Source: a virus
Lineage: Duplodnaviria; Caudoviricetes
DNA length: 64,000 bases
Strand: one strand, 5' to 3'
IMG/VR virus record: IMGVR_UViG_3300046469_000011
Span: 1-64,000 of that record
The notes under the pieces were generated by a model. That model saw only the letters and a list, made by a program, of their open reading frames with translations, was not told where the DNA came from and searched no databases. Shown here piece after piece: positions 46,233 through 56,255 of the stretch. Every line of letters starts with the position of its first letter. Within the stretch, counting starts at the first letter, position 1. Position numbers and translations under genes: made by a program.

Positions 46233-46764
46233 CTTTTTCCTCCTGGGGGTCTATAACAACGTCAACAGCCTCTACGACAATCGGTGCGGAAGACCTGGAT
46301 TCGATTTCTTTCCGCAGCGCCATTGCCGAATAGCCCGTAGTGAGTTTTTCCGACAAGAACGACATCAATTCTGCACGGTCCCGCTTCTCGTCTTCCTGGC
46401 CCTGCTCCTTGAGAAGTATCTTAGCCTCTTCGCGCTCTACCCCCAACCAGGCTTCAGCCGCCTTGATGCGGATGTGAATCGGCTGATTATCGGAAATCCC
46501 ATCCTTGAAGACTTCAATGATCGCCTGGGCATTTTTTTCCTCACGAGCGGCCTCGGCGACCAACTGAGCAACCCGGTCGCGCTTCGGTGCGCGTTTGCGG
46601 GGTTCTGAGCCGGGGCGAGCTACAAAGCCCCCATCCTGAGCGTGACGCCGCTTGGCAAGCTCTGAGAGCCTCTGACGGCCCTCGTAGGAGACGTGGCGGG
46701 GCAGCTTGGCAGTTCCCTTGCCCGTACCAGGCGCGTTCCCAATCGGGGGCCGTGGTCGCGTCAT
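46213..46764 (-). CDS. putative terminase small subunit
   Basis: Helical 183-aa protein upstream of TerL; RIKAAEAWL motif. Confidence 0.55.
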   Translation of the reverse strand: MTRPRPPIGNAPGTGKGTAKLPRHVSYEGRQRLSELAKRRHAQDGGFVARPGSEPRKRAPKRDRVAQLVAEAAREEKNAQAIIEVFKDGISDNQPIHIRIKAAEAWLGVEREEAKILLKEQGQEDEKRDRAELMSFLSEKLTTGYSAMALRKEIESRSSAPIVVEAVDVVIDPQEEKDEHYAD

Positions 46765-47399
46765 ACGGCAATCTTACAGGCTTCTTCTTCGATTTCCCAT
46801 AGCGGCAAGTCGAAGCGATGGCACCACTTATCGACGAGTGCGTGGTCGGGATTTTCCCCGGTTTCCCAAGCTCGAAGCCGACGTTTCTCGGAATCGGTGG
46901 GGAGGACACCATTGATACGACCATGTGCATAGAACCGCCTGAAATACGCTGCCACCACACGGCCATCGAGAAATTCCTTGGGGTTCTCAATATCCAGCTT
47001 GGCGCGGACCTTGCGACCTTTCGCTTCTCTCCAAAAGCGGTCGTACTCGCGGCGCAGAGCCATCCACTCAGGAATCTGTTTTAGCTCGTGATATCGCTGC
47101 CTGCGTAGAGCGTTTTTCTTTTCCTCATACTGCGGCGAGCGAGGATCTCCTGCCGGATACCAATTCCTTGGCCGGTGACCGCGCCTTTCACGCTGTATGC
47201 GAGCCTTGCATGTGCGGCAATAGGAATCCAGCCGGTCAGGCTTGGTCTGCTGGCGATCAGCCCACTTCAGACAAGAAAAATCTGATATGTGCCGCCAACG
47301 GCCACATATCTGACAGAAATGCCTGCCTAGTGGATATCGCTCTTCAAATGTGGTCGGGAGGGATCTCCCCGTCTGAGGATCTCGTTTGGTGATCGCCAT
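46761..47399 (-). CDS. hypothetical Zn-finger/HTH protein
   Basis: CQIC...CRTC and C-terminal LRAWETG. Confidence 0.6.
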   Translation of the reverse strand: MAITKRDPQTGRSLPTTFEERYPLGRHFCQICGRWRHISDFSCLKWADRQQTKPDRLDSYCRTCKARIQRERRGHRPRNWYPAGDPRSPQYEEKKNALRRQRYHELKQIPEWMALRREYDRFWREAKGRKVRAKLDIENPKEFLDGRVVAAYFRRFYAHGRINGVLPTDSEKRRLRAWETGENPDHALVDKWCHRFDLPLWEIEEEACKIAV

Positions 47400-47814
47400 C
47401 TATCTCGGTGATGAAAATGGTGGTGGAAGGCCAAAGCGCCCAACGGCGCTCTGCTCTGACTCGGGCTATTTGAACATCATCCTGATAGGCGCGGGAATTC
47501 AAGGCATCCATGACAGTCTTCAGCGCGTTATCCAGATCAGGCTTTTTGTTGCATGGGATGGGGTTGCGGACTCCTTCGAGCGAAAGATTCCCGTTCTTGC
47601 GGAAATGCCCCTGAGGCCGAACCACATCCACGATGATCTGAATTTCAATAGGGACTTTCCCCTCGATGCGAGGCTCACCCGCCTCCCTCCATACCGCTCT
47701 GATGTCATTTTCAGAAACGATGTTGGAAGGAGGCGAATAAGCTCTCCGCGTCCGGGGGTCGAAACGCGGCCTCCCCTTAGTTGAAGGCTTGCCAGATACC
47801 TTGAGTTCAATCAC
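47344..47814 (-). CDS. rusA: RusA-family Holliday junction resolvase
   Basis: KGRPRF, KPDLDNALKTVMDALN..AYQDDVQI. Confidence 0.9.
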   Translation of the reverse strand: MIELKVSGKPSTKGRPRFDPRTRRAYSPPSNIVSENDIRAVWREAGEPRIEGKVPIEIQIIVDVVRPQGHFRKNGNLSLEGVRNPIPCNKKPDLDNALKTVMDALNSRAYQDDVQIARVRAERRWALWPSTTIFITEIDGDHQTRSSDGEIPPDHI

Positions 47815-49064
47815 CTACGCGCCCGCTCCCAGGAGTTATGCCGCATCGTCTCAAGGCGCGAGAGGGCCTCATAGACTTTCTGGTAGGACTCCATTTCACG
47901 CTTGGCAGCCAGAGCCATCTGCTCGTGCCTGCGCTGAAGCCGACGCCACTTGCGGACGTTTTCATCGGACTCGATCTCGGCCTCGATCAGTCCGACTTTC
48001 TTCTCCTTGTTGTGATCGTCGTATTTGTCGATCTGAACCATCAGGCTATTTCTGAGCGTGTCGGCAGCTTCCTTGCAATGCAGAGCGATTCGCTCGTCGC
48101 GAGAAAGCAGATAGCCCTTGTAGTAAGCCAGGGAAGCGAACTGCATCAAATAATCACGCAGGTCGCTGTCGGAAATGTCTCCCCAGCGCCAGGGCAGATC
48201 AGGAGCCTTTTCTTCAGGCGGCTTAGGAACATCCAAGCGCTCGGCGAGTAGTTCATCCTCGACGCGCTCGATCAGCTTTTGATAGCCCCCAGATCCTTCG
48301 CTTCGATTTTCCGCAGGCGGCTCGGCTTCATGTTCTCCGTGCCCACTTTCTGCGCTCTCCGCAGGAGCTTCTGGCTTTGGCTCAGGGATGGCATCGGCTG
48401 GGGCTGCTTCTTGTTTTTCTTGCTGCTCTTCTGGAACCCCCGGCTCATCGGCAGGTATTCCAGATCCGGCTTCACCATCCGGGCTTGATACTTCCGGCCC
48501 CGGTTCTTGAGGAACGCTCTCTCCTGCTTGCTCTGCCTCGACCCCTTCAGTCTGCCCAGACGGAGCGGCATCAGTTTTTTGCCCAATTTGGATACCTACT
48601 CTTTCTCCTGCTTTCTGTATGTAATCGAGAATTCTTACTCGGCGCTTGTGTGATTGCTCGTATACCCAGACGTGTCGCAGCACTTCGGCGGCAGCATCGG
48701 GTTCATGCTCGATATAGAAATTGATGCCACCTGTGACATCAGAGACACGCTCGTCGCCGTAGCCCTCCCACGGCTCCATCTTGGTCAGATTCTCGGGAAA
48801 TTCAGAGAGATCTTCCGGCTCGGCGACCGGCTCATCTTCCTGACCGGCCTCAGCCTGTGGTCCTGAGCCATTTCCGCCTGATGCAAGATTGAGAATCTTC
48901 TCCACTTCGGCGCTGCGAATGTTCTGCGCCCACGCCTGCTCGGCCATCTGGACAATTTCCTCAGCCGTCTTGATGGCTGTGGCGTCATCTTCGGGCATCG
49001 GACCGTCGAAAGTCTCGTCTGCCTTTGCTTGGGTGATGATTTCTCGTGCTGTTGTGATTTCCAT
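47811..49064 (-). CDS. acidic multidomain protein; C-terminal helical region possibly UvsY-like
   Basis: AAAGGAG SD; acidic Pro linker; C-terminal helix ending ALSRLETMR; in recombination cluster. Confidence 0.6.
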   Translation of the reverse strand: MEITTAREIITQAKADETFDGPMPEDDATAIKTAEEIVQMAEQAWAQNIRSAEVEKILNLASGGNGSGPQAEAGQEDEPVAEPEDLSEFPENLTKMEPWEGYGDERVSDVTGGINFYIEHEPDAAAEVLRHVWVYEQSHKRRVRILDYIQKAGERVGIQIGQKTDAAPSGQTEGVEAEQAGESVPQEPGPEVSSPDGEAGSGIPADEPGVPEEQQEKQEAAPADAIPEPKPEAPAESAESGHGEHEAEPPAENRSEGSGGYQKLIERVEDELLAERLDVPKPPEEKAPDLPWRWGDISDSDLRDYLMQFASLAYYKGYLLSRDERIALHCKEAADTLRNSLMVQIDKYDDHNKEKKVGLIEAEIESDENVRKWRRLQRRHEQMALAAKREMESYQKVYEALSRLETMRHNSWERARR

Positions 49065-49201
49065 CCAATCTTCTCCTTTGTAAACGATTCCGTAGCAAAG
49101 CTCGTGGTAGGCCGCCCTTGCTGCTACATCGTATGCAGCGGGGATCGCTTGGCCTCTGACGATGGCAGCGAGAGCGAGCCTGACATCCTCATAAGATCCT
49201 A

Positions 49202-50230
49202 TCAGACTGCCGCCTTCTTTTCAGCCCATCTTGCCCTGACGCGAAGACGAGCAATCTCGGCATCGTAATCCTTGCGGATCATCTTGGCGCGGTTCACGCC
49301 ATTGGACTCAGATAGCTGTGTGCAGCCCTCTCGAAAGTCAAGCTGGCACGTCTTCTTGAAGGGACAATACTGACAGGGCTTCTGGGACCAGCGCCAGCCA
49401 TTCGGATGCCCGAATTTTGATGAACGCTTGCCGGGATTCAGTTCGGGGATGAAGTCTTCCTCGAACCAGACCCGCCAGCGCTTCAGAGTTTCCAGGCCAG
49501 CCACCCAGAAATTCTCATCATGATCAACGCGAAACTCAGCCGTGTCCAGAGGATTATCTCGGCTGACATAATAGATCGTTCCGTGCGTGCAGAGATCTAG
49601 ATCGCTCAACCACAGACCCAGCTTTTGGTAGTGGCGCACGAAGGCGGTTTCTACCTTGACTTGAGAAACATGCTCAGGGAATGGACCACGACCAATCTGC
49701 ATTTCTTGGATTACTTCTGCCTTGCGTTCCTTGATTTCGACGGGAAGCGGTTTGTTGTTGAGAAGGATCACCGCATCGACTGATCCCGTCAGCCAAGCCT
49801 CGGGGTATTCAAACCCCGTCTGCTTATAAGGATCAGCCGACGACAGAAGCATTCCGGAATTTTGGAAGGCTTCAACAATCGTCACCTCAGCCTGTTTCCC
49901 CGAATCAGCCGTCTGGCGCAGAAGACGCGACATCGGCTCAGACGATGGAAAATCCATCATGCGATAAAGCGCCTGGCGAGGGCAAGCCATCGGATTGTTG
50001 CCAGGGAATTGGCTGCCATGAAAAGAAACATGCCAGGGATTCCCGTGCGGAGAATCATCAGATTGCTCACGCAGGATCTTCTCTTCAGAAATTCTGAACG
50101 CCTGATCGACGAGTGGCTCGACCGTGCGAATCAACTGAAGGCGCGTGAAGAATTCAGCGCGGGTCAGCTTTCGCAAGCCCAGCATCGACTTCAGTTGCAA
50201 GCCGAGTATGTCTTGCCGGGTGTAATTCAT
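49202..50230 (-). CDS. Cas4-like PD-(D/E)XK exonuclease
   Basis: CPRQ, GSVD, VEIK, PCQYCPFKKTC (split Fe-S Cys motif). Confidence 0.8.
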   Translation of the reverse strand: MNYTRQDILGLQLKSMLGLRKLTRAEFFTRLQLIRTVEPLVDQAFRISEEKILREQSDDSPHGNPWHVSFHGSQFPGNNPMACPRQALYRMMDFPSSEPMSRLLRQTADSGKQAEVTIVEAFQNSGMLLSSADPYKQTGFEYPEAWLTGSVDAVILLNNKPLPVEIKERKAEVIQEMQIGRGPFPEHVSQVKVETAFVRHYQKLGLWLSDLDLCTHGTIYYVSRDNPLDTAEFRVDHDENFWVAGLETLKRWRVWFEEDFIPELNPGKRSSKFGHPNGWRWSQKPCQYCPFKKTCQLDFREGCTQLSESNGVNRAKMIRKDYDAEIARLRVRARWAEKKAAV

Positions 50231-50713
50231 TTACTGGCTGCCGATAGAAAGATAGGTGTATTCAGAAAAGCTAGGAGATAGACGCGACATCGCAATCTGC
50301 CCCGGACCAGCATCAGTCCCATGTGAGTCAACAATCGGATCTGAAATGCCACCCTCATACACGATGGCAGCATGATCCGCTCCATTGGGACCAAACACGA
50401 CTATGGAGCCTGTGAGAGTCGCCAGCGGGTCAGAGAAATGGCTCAGGTGAGTGTAAAACTCGCCGCTGTCGCCATAGCCGTTATACCCGTTCCCAGATGG
50501 ATCTTTGAAGCCGCAGAAGTGGAAGAGCATCATCACATAGCTAGAGCAATCCATTTCTTGCTTGATGCCTTTACGGAAATCCCGGTCGAGATCAGACTCG
50601 TACAGGTAAATATCCGCTTCCGGGCGCTGCTGTATATAACCAATCCACTGATGGTTCGCCATCGTCCAGTCCATAACGGACTTCAGATGGTCGCGCTGAT
50701 CTTGTCTGATCAT
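50231..50713 (-). CDS. NlpC/P60-like peptidase
   Basis: MDCSSYV, HAAI, SHG. Confidence 0.7.
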   Translation of the reverse strand: MIRQDQRDHLKSVMDWTMANHQWIGYIQQRPEADIYLYESDLDRDFRKGIKQEMDCSSYVMMLFHFCGFKDPSGNGYNGYGDSGEFYTHLSHFSDPLATLTGSIVVFGPNGADHAAIVYEGGISDPIVDSHGTDAGPGQIAMSRLSPSFSEYTYLSIGSQ

Positions 50714-50916
50714 GCGAGCTTCGTCTCCAAGAAGTCAATCGCCTTTTCGATGGCGGCTTTTACAAAAAGCTCAGTGGACGGACTTACCTCGCGGCCACCG
50801 TTGATACGGCGAACTTCATCCAAGCCATCCTCGGTGGCTTTCTCACGAATCTCCTGCCTGATGACCAACCTCATTTCTTGCCCTTCTCCTTTTTGAGCAA
50901 ATCCTTCTTGATCCAA
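50710..50916 (-). CDS. hypothetical protein
   Basis: Tiles in operon; true start may be the internal ATG near 50874. Confidence 0.5.
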   Translation of the reverse strand: MDQEGFAQKGEGQEMRLVIRQEIREKATEDGLDEVRRINGGREVSPSTELFVKAAIEKAIDFLETKLA

Positions 50917-51056
50917 CGATTCTTCACTATCACGTCTCCATGAAGATCGCCGCCTGGATCAATTCGCTTAGTATGAACAGAACGACCATCTTCCAGAGTC
51001 GCCATATCGCACAAGCCTTTGTGGCGCTCACGCCCGCAAATCCGACAAACCCTCAT
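50871..51056 (-). CDS. small Cys/His protein
   Basis: CRICGRERHKGLC; ATGA overlap. Confidence 0.55.
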   Translation of the reverse strand: MRVCRICGRERHKGLCDMATLEDGRSVHTKRIDPGGDLHGDVIVKNRWIKKDLLKKEKGKK

Positions 51057-52081
51057 TGCTCCCTCGCTGAGTCCAAAGCTATATCGTGAATGTAGTTCTG
51101 AAGCTCTCCGTTGTCTTTGATGAATTCCCGCAAGCCTGGATCACCGTGGAGCTTGGTCACAGAACCATCTTCGTCTGTGTACCACCAATACGCGCCATGT
51201 TGCTCCACCACTTTGTAATGCTTGGCGGCTTTCATAAATTCATACACCCGGTCATATTCGAGCGAGTCAAGATCATACCGGAGCGTGGCTGTCCTGAACG
51301 GACGGCATACCGATGATTTCTCCACACGGATCTTGATCTCCTGACCGGCTGGCGTGGATTGCCCATCAACGCCTTTATTGGCCGTCGTCTTCGGCTCAAG
51401 GATTCCGTCGTTGGTGCGATACAACCAACCGGATTTTTTGAAGAGGACGGACATCGAGCTTTGGTGATCGAAAACCTTGCCGCCCGCTGGATCTTCAGAA
51501 CCCGTCTTGAAATTTACTCGCACCTGATCAATCAGGATTGCCGTGTTCTCGGTTGGATCGAAGCGCTCATTGAGACGCCGGAAGACTTTTCCCCAAGCGC
51601 GAGCATTGATGCCGGGACGCCAATCACGAATGTCGGCGTTTAGCTCGTCTTCTGAGACGGCGATGGAGCAGGAATCGATCACATGAAGATGGATCACGCT
51701 GAGAAGCGCTTCCATCTTGTCGCCGATCTCTTCCACACTGGTCCCCTCGACCACTGTAAGGCTGCTGGTGTCAATTCCCTTGCGCTCGGCGAAGTCCCCC
51801 TCGTAGCGCTTCTCGACGTTGTAGTAGGCCACGCTCAGGCCCATCGCTTGAGCCTCGGCCATCACTGAATAAGCCGTCATCGTCTTCGTTGAACCAAATC
51901 CTCCATAAAACCGCGTCCAACGGCCTTGAGGAACACCGCCGCCCATTGCAACATCAAGCTCAGGAGAGCCAGTAGAGATCGCATTCGTCTTGAAAAACTC
52001 ATTGCCCATGTGGAGTGAGTTTTCATACTTTCGATTGATGCGGTTTACAATTTCTGAGTATTTACTTGTGTCCACGGTCAT
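51053..52081 (-). CDS. recA: RecA/UvsX-like recombinase
   Basis: STGSPELDVAMGGGVPQGR, G..GSTKT, VIDS, IDQVR, GGKV. Confidence 0.9.
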   Translation of the reverse strand: MTVDTSKYSEIVNRINRKYENSLHMGNEFFKTNAISTGSPELDVAMGGGVPQGRWTRFYGGFGSTKTMTAYSVMAEAQAMGLSVAYYNVEKRYEGDFAERKGIDTSSLTVVEGTSVEEIGDKMEALLSVIHLHVIDSCSIAVSEDELNADIRDWRPGINARAWGKVFRRLNERFDPTENTAILIDQVRVNFKTGSEDPAGGKVFDHQSSMSVLFKKSGWLYRTNDGILEPKTTANKGVDGQSTPAGQEIKIRVEKSSVCRPFRTATLRYDLDSLEYDRVYEFMKAAKHYKVVEQHGAYWWYTDEDGSVTKLHGDPGLREFIKDNGELQNYIHDIALDSAREQ

Positions 52082-55000
52082 GCAACAGCTTCCTCCAAGT
52101 CTGCTTCAGCTTCTTCAACCATATCGGTGATGTTGGCAACGCCACGAGCTATTACCTGAACGGTTCCTTGCCATTCATCTTTGGTCCCGTTGACCATGAC
52201 GGTATTGCCCACGTAGAGATATTTCTCGAACTCGGCCAACGCTTCCGACCAGAAGCGAACTCGCCATTCGTTCATTTCGAAGCTGATCGTGACCGTGGCG
52301 AAATCGTTCCCATTCTTCGTCTTCTTCTTGTCGAATTTTGTGATCTCGCCACCCACGATCACGTTCGCCTTGTTGGGCAGTTCTTCGACTTCCTCTTGGG
52401 TATAGATGTTGGGCGAGATTATGTATGCGTACTGATCGGCCTCGGAAGTGCCCACGATGACCATCCGCAGGCGGTCTTTCTCCCACATGGCGATCTGCTT
52501 GCCGGAAGCCCCATCACGAGCGCCAAAGACATCGAAAGCGCCTGCCTCAGTGAGCGCCGTGACGACCTTCTTGTTGACCTTCGAGCCGCAGACCTGGCGA
52601 ACATGCTCGATGCTCTCGTAATCGACGACGCGATTTTTGATGATCAACGCAGCAGCGACCTCGCCCACATCCTTGATAGCCAGCAGACCGAAGCGCAGGG
52701 CATTGCCGTCAATCGACCAGTCAAGCTCGGACTTGTTGATATCCGGTGGAAGGAATTTCACGCCATGCTGCTTGGCCGACTTCACCACACCGCTCATAAA
52801 GTCCTGCTTGGCCGCAGGCGTATTGCCGGACGGGAAGGACAGAATGGACGCATAAAATTCCAGCGGATAATGCTCCTTCAGCCACGCATCCTGATATGCC
52901 TGAAGCGCATAGCAAGCTGCATGGGATTTATTGAAGTTGTAGGAGCCTCGGTCGAGGATAAATCCCCACACCTGATGGGCGGCGTGAGGATCTACGCCGT
53001 TCGCCATGCAGCCGCCGAACCAAAGCTCTTCATGCTGGCTCATATATTCCTTGGCGGCTCTACCACCCTTGATGCGGTATAGCTTGCCCATTGCCTTGCG
53101 AAGATCATCTGCCTCGGCTTCGCTGAAGCCAGCCATCCGCTTAGCAAGCTCCATGATCTGCTCTTGGTAGGCGATCAGCCCGAAAGTCTCTTCGAGAACG
53201 TCACGAGACAGATCGTGCGGATATTCAGGCTCTTTGTCGCCACGCTTGAGCCGTGCGTAATCCCACGTCGCCCCAGACTTCATTGCACCTGGGCGATACA
53301 GAGCATTGGCAGCACACAGATCCAGCGCTGAGTCGGGCTTGATGGATTTGACCAAGCTGGTGATGCCCTTGGAGCCGAATTGGAAAAGTCCGATGGTGTC
53401 GCCATCACCAAATACGTTGAGGACTGATTGTTCTACATCGCGAGGATCACGAAGCGGGCCAAGCTTGTTCAGATCGATCCGCTTGCCGTGACGTTTTTCA
53501 ATCAGTTCCAGCGCATACGAGTGCCGCTGCAACGACATGATCCCCAGCAGATCAATTTTCTGGAAGCCATTATCAGAGATCACCATGAATTCGGCGCTAT
53601 CTGACCAGGACGTGACGAGATCACCGCGCTTACCGCGTTCGAGCGCCATGTATTCGATAATCGGCTTGGGCGTGATCACCACGCCAGCCGCGTGCTTACC
53701 AGCGTTGGCGACGCTGCCCTCTAGCCTCAGAGCGTGTTCCCAGATGTGTGGGTATTTCGACTTGAATTCTTTGAGGTGGTCGTTGAGAGGGAGTAGCTCT
53801 TCAAGGGTCGTCTCTTCGTCATCTTGTCGAATTTCAATGGTATCCGTGACTGCCTGTGCTTCCTTATACGGAACATCAAAAGCGCGGCAAAGGCGCTGCA
53901 AAACAGACTTCGGTTGGAAACGTTCATGCGTGATGATGTCAGCCACATGGTCAGCACCATATTTCTCGATCACGTATTGCTTGACTTCCGCTCGCCGGTC
54001 GGATTGCACGTCGATATCGATATCCGGCATACCCTTGCGGCCTGGATTCAGGAACCGCTCAAAAAGCAGGCCCCAGGGAATTGGATCAACGGCGGTTATC
54101 CCGATAAGGTAGGAAATCAGGCATCCCGCCGCTGATCCTCGCCCTAAGCCAACACGGATTCCCTGGCCCTTGGCCCACCGCACGATATCGGCGACCATAA
54201 CCATGTAGGGAATCGCGCCTTTCTCCTTGAGAATATCCCATTCGAATTGAATACGTTTTGCATATTCAACTTCGTCCCATTTCTTCCAATGATCCTCGGG
54301 ATATTCGTTTCGAAGTCTATCCATTCCCTCATAAACCCACTTCACCAAAAGGCGATCAGCATCTTCAGGCCTTTCGGTGACTTTCGGGAGCTTGTCCGTG
54401 CGGTCGAGCAGGAATGGTTTGATCGTCTGAGCTAGTCCACCCGTATTGGCGATGGCGTACTCATAAATACGGTCATCAAGATCGGGATGGTAAATGTCAA
54501 ACCAATGCTGCATTTCCTGAGCCGACGACAGATAGAGATTCGGGTATAGATCGGCAAGATAGGGAACTTCTTGGCCCTTTGAGCGCATTTCCTCGATCTT
54601 CGCAAAGGTCAGCTTCGAGGCCATCATCTTCGCCACCCGCTGAGTCTCAGCCCACTCGGGATAAACAAAGTGCGTGTCGTTGGTCGCGATCAGAGGAACA
54701 GAAAATTCATTGGCGAGCCGAGCGATCTCGATATTCAGCATCCGCTGTTCATCAAAATCGTGAGGCATGATCTCCAAATAGAAATCATCCTTGAAGCGCG
54801 TCTTCATTTTCTGAACGTAATCACGCACGGCCACCGAATCTCCTGAAGAAATCAGGTGCGCGAGCCAGCTTTGGAAGCAAGCTGATGTGGCAATCAAGCC
54901 CTCGCTGTGCGTGTCCAGCAGATCATCATCGATACACGGATGCTGATAGAAGCCGCCACCCTCCGACTGATCAGCAAACGCCACAGAGCAGATTTTCAAG

Positions 55001-55287
55001 AGGTTATGCCAGCCCGTGAGGTTCTTCGCCAGCAGGATCAGATGCCATGCCTGGCGCGTCATGCGCGAAGCACGGTTGGGCCGGTAATACGCTTCAACGC
55101 CGACTATCGGGACGATCCCAACCTTCCTGCACGCAGCGATGTGGTGCAGAGCGCCTGAGAGAGTCCCGTGATCAGTCTGAGCAAGGAAGCCCTGACCTAG
55201 ATCAACGGCACGTTGAGCGTATTCCTTGGCCGTCCCGATTCCATCGAGCCTCGAAAATTCTCCGTGTCGATGAAGATGCCCAAACAT
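52078..55287 (-). CDS. dnaE: DNA polymerase III alpha subunit (family C)
   Basis: HLHRHGEFSRLDG PHP, GRGSAAG, FERFLNP, MPDIDID, HAAG, FNKSH; ATG 55287 coupled to upstream TGA. Confidence 0.95.
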   Translation of the reverse strand: MFGHLHRHGEFSRLDGIGTAKEYAQRAVDLGQGFLAQTDHGTLSGALHHIAACRKVGIVPIVGVEAYYRPNRASRMTRQAWHLILLAKNLTGWHNLLKICSVAFADQSEGGGFYQHPCIDDDLLDTHSEGLIATSACFQSWLAHLISSGDSVAVRDYVQKMKTRFKDDFYLEIMPHDFDEQRMLNIEIARLANEFSVPLIATNDTHFVYPEWAETQRVAKMMASKLTFAKIEEMRSKGQEVPYLADLYPNLYLSSAQEMQHWFDIYHPDLDDRIYEYAIANTGGLAQTIKPFLLDRTDKLPKVTERPEDADRLLVKWVYEGMDRLRNEYPEDHWKKWDEVEYAKRIQFEWDILKEKGAIPYMVMVADIVRWAKGQGIRVGLGRGSAAGCLISYLIGITAVDPIPWGLLFERFLNPGRKGMPDIDIDVQSDRRAEVKQYVIEKYGADHVADIITHERFQPKSVLQRLCRAFDVPYKEAQAVTDTIEIRQDDEETTLEELLPLNDHLKEFKSKYPHIWEHALRLEGSVANAGKHAAGVVITPKPIIEYMALERGKRGDLVTSWSDSAEFMVISDNGFQKIDLLGIMSLQRHSYALELIEKRHGKRIDLNKLGPLRDPRDVEQSVLNVFGDGDTIGLFQFGSKGITSLVKSIKPDSALDLCAANALYRPGAMKSGATWDYARLKRGDKEPEYPHDLSRDVLEETFGLIAYQEQIMELAKRMAGFSEAEADDLRKAMGKLYRIKGGRAAKEYMSQHEELWFGGCMANGVDPHAAHQVWGFILDRGSYNFNKSHAACYALQAYQDAWLKEHYPLEFYASILSFPSGNTPAAKQDFMSGVVKSAKQHGVKFLPPDINKSELDWSIDGNALRFGLLAIKDVGEVAAALIIKNRVVDYESIEHVRQVCGSKVNKKVVTALTEAGAFDVFGARDGASGKQIAMWEKDRLRMVIVGTSEADQYAYIISPNIYTQEEVEELPNKANVIVGGEITKFDKKKTKNGNDFATVTISFEMNEWRVRFWSEALAEFEKYLYVGNTVMVNGTKDEWQGTVQVIARGVANITDMVEEAEADLEEAVA

Positions 55288-56255
55288 CAGGGAACAGGAA
55301 CCTTTCCGCTTGTCCAAACGCCAGCCGGAGCAGAAATAAACGCCGGGTTGGATATGCCCTTGGCGAATGCTTGCTGAGCAGAAGCCGACGACTCGATGGC
55401 GAACGAGTCTTGTGGATTCGAACCGTCCTGATACGAGCCGTTGTTACAGTTGTACCACATCCACCCTTTTAGATGCGGGTAGTCGCCAGCCGCAATTCGT
55501 CCCAGCGTGTCGGTGATCCAACCGGCTTTGGCCCCATTGAATTCTTCTGAAGCCGTCTCACAAATAATAATCGGCTTATGCGGGTGCTGAGCAACCACTT
55601 CCTGATAGGTATGAGAAAACAGGCTGTCAAACGGGACGCTGCCCGATCCCTTGTTGTAAATGTCGATCCCGACCCAATCAAAATTCTGCCAGCCTGGGTC
55701 CCACGCCCACGGAGCAGGCACACTTCCAGAATCGTTTGACCAGTAGTTGGGGCACCAGATGTACGAAATATTGGTAGCACCCTGACCATCAGCCAGGCGC
55801 TTCAGACGTTGCCATGCCTGAACATACTCGGAGGGAGTAGTGCCGTATTCGGTCTGCCAGGTATAACCCGAGGTTGTTCCCCAATCGCCGTTCATTTCCC
55901 ACCAGGGACGCAGGAAGAATGGCTTCTTGAAGGCCGCGACCTGCTTGGCCCACGCTTGAATTTTGCTGTCCCAGCTTCCGCTATTGATAGCGGAAATACT
56001 TGCGCCATTCTCTAGGCCGGTAGTGAGGACTGTGCCCGCACCGCGCGAGTAGGCGTGATTGATCGGATCAGCATCGAATGTGCAGAAGTCCAGATGGCAA
56101 GCAACCAGCCCGACTTTCCTGCCAGCGTGAGACTCAAACTCATTCCACGAAGCATCACCCGATGAATAGGGCCAAGGTGGATTTCCATACCCGGCGTTCA
56201 GCCCTCCATAGCACTCGCCCTGAATCGAAGCTCCCCAATACAATTTATATGTCAT
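55287..56255 (-). CDS. stand-alone GH26 glycoside hydrolase (paralog of the 33638..35470 C-terminus)
   Basis: LRPWWEMNGDW, DWVGIDIYN, KPIIICET. Confidence 0.85.
   Translation of the reverse strand: MTYKLYWGASIQGECYGGLNAGYGNPPWPYSSGDASWNEFESHAGRKVGLVACHLDFCTFDADPINHAYSRGAGTVLTTGLENGASISAINSGSWDSKIQAWAKQVAAFKKPFFLRPWWEMNGDWGTTSGYTWQTEYGTTPSEYVQAWQRLKRLADGQGATNISYIWCPNYWSNDSGSVPAPWAWDPGWQNFDWVGIDIYNKGSGSVPFDSLFSHTYQEVVAQHPHKPIIICETASEEFNGAKAGWITDTLGRIAAGDYPHLKGWMWYNCNNGSYQDGSNPQDSFAIESSASAQQAFAKGISNPAFISAPAGVWTSGKVPVP

Noticed and set aside
52078-55287. Intein or intron in DnaE, TerL or DnaB
   Set aside because: Lengths are normal and no splicing or homing-endonuclease motifs were seen.
33638-56255. 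Diversity-generating retroelement (GH26 copies as TR/VR)
   Set aside because: No reverse transcriptase in the window; the differences are not adenine-specific and both copies are full ORFs.
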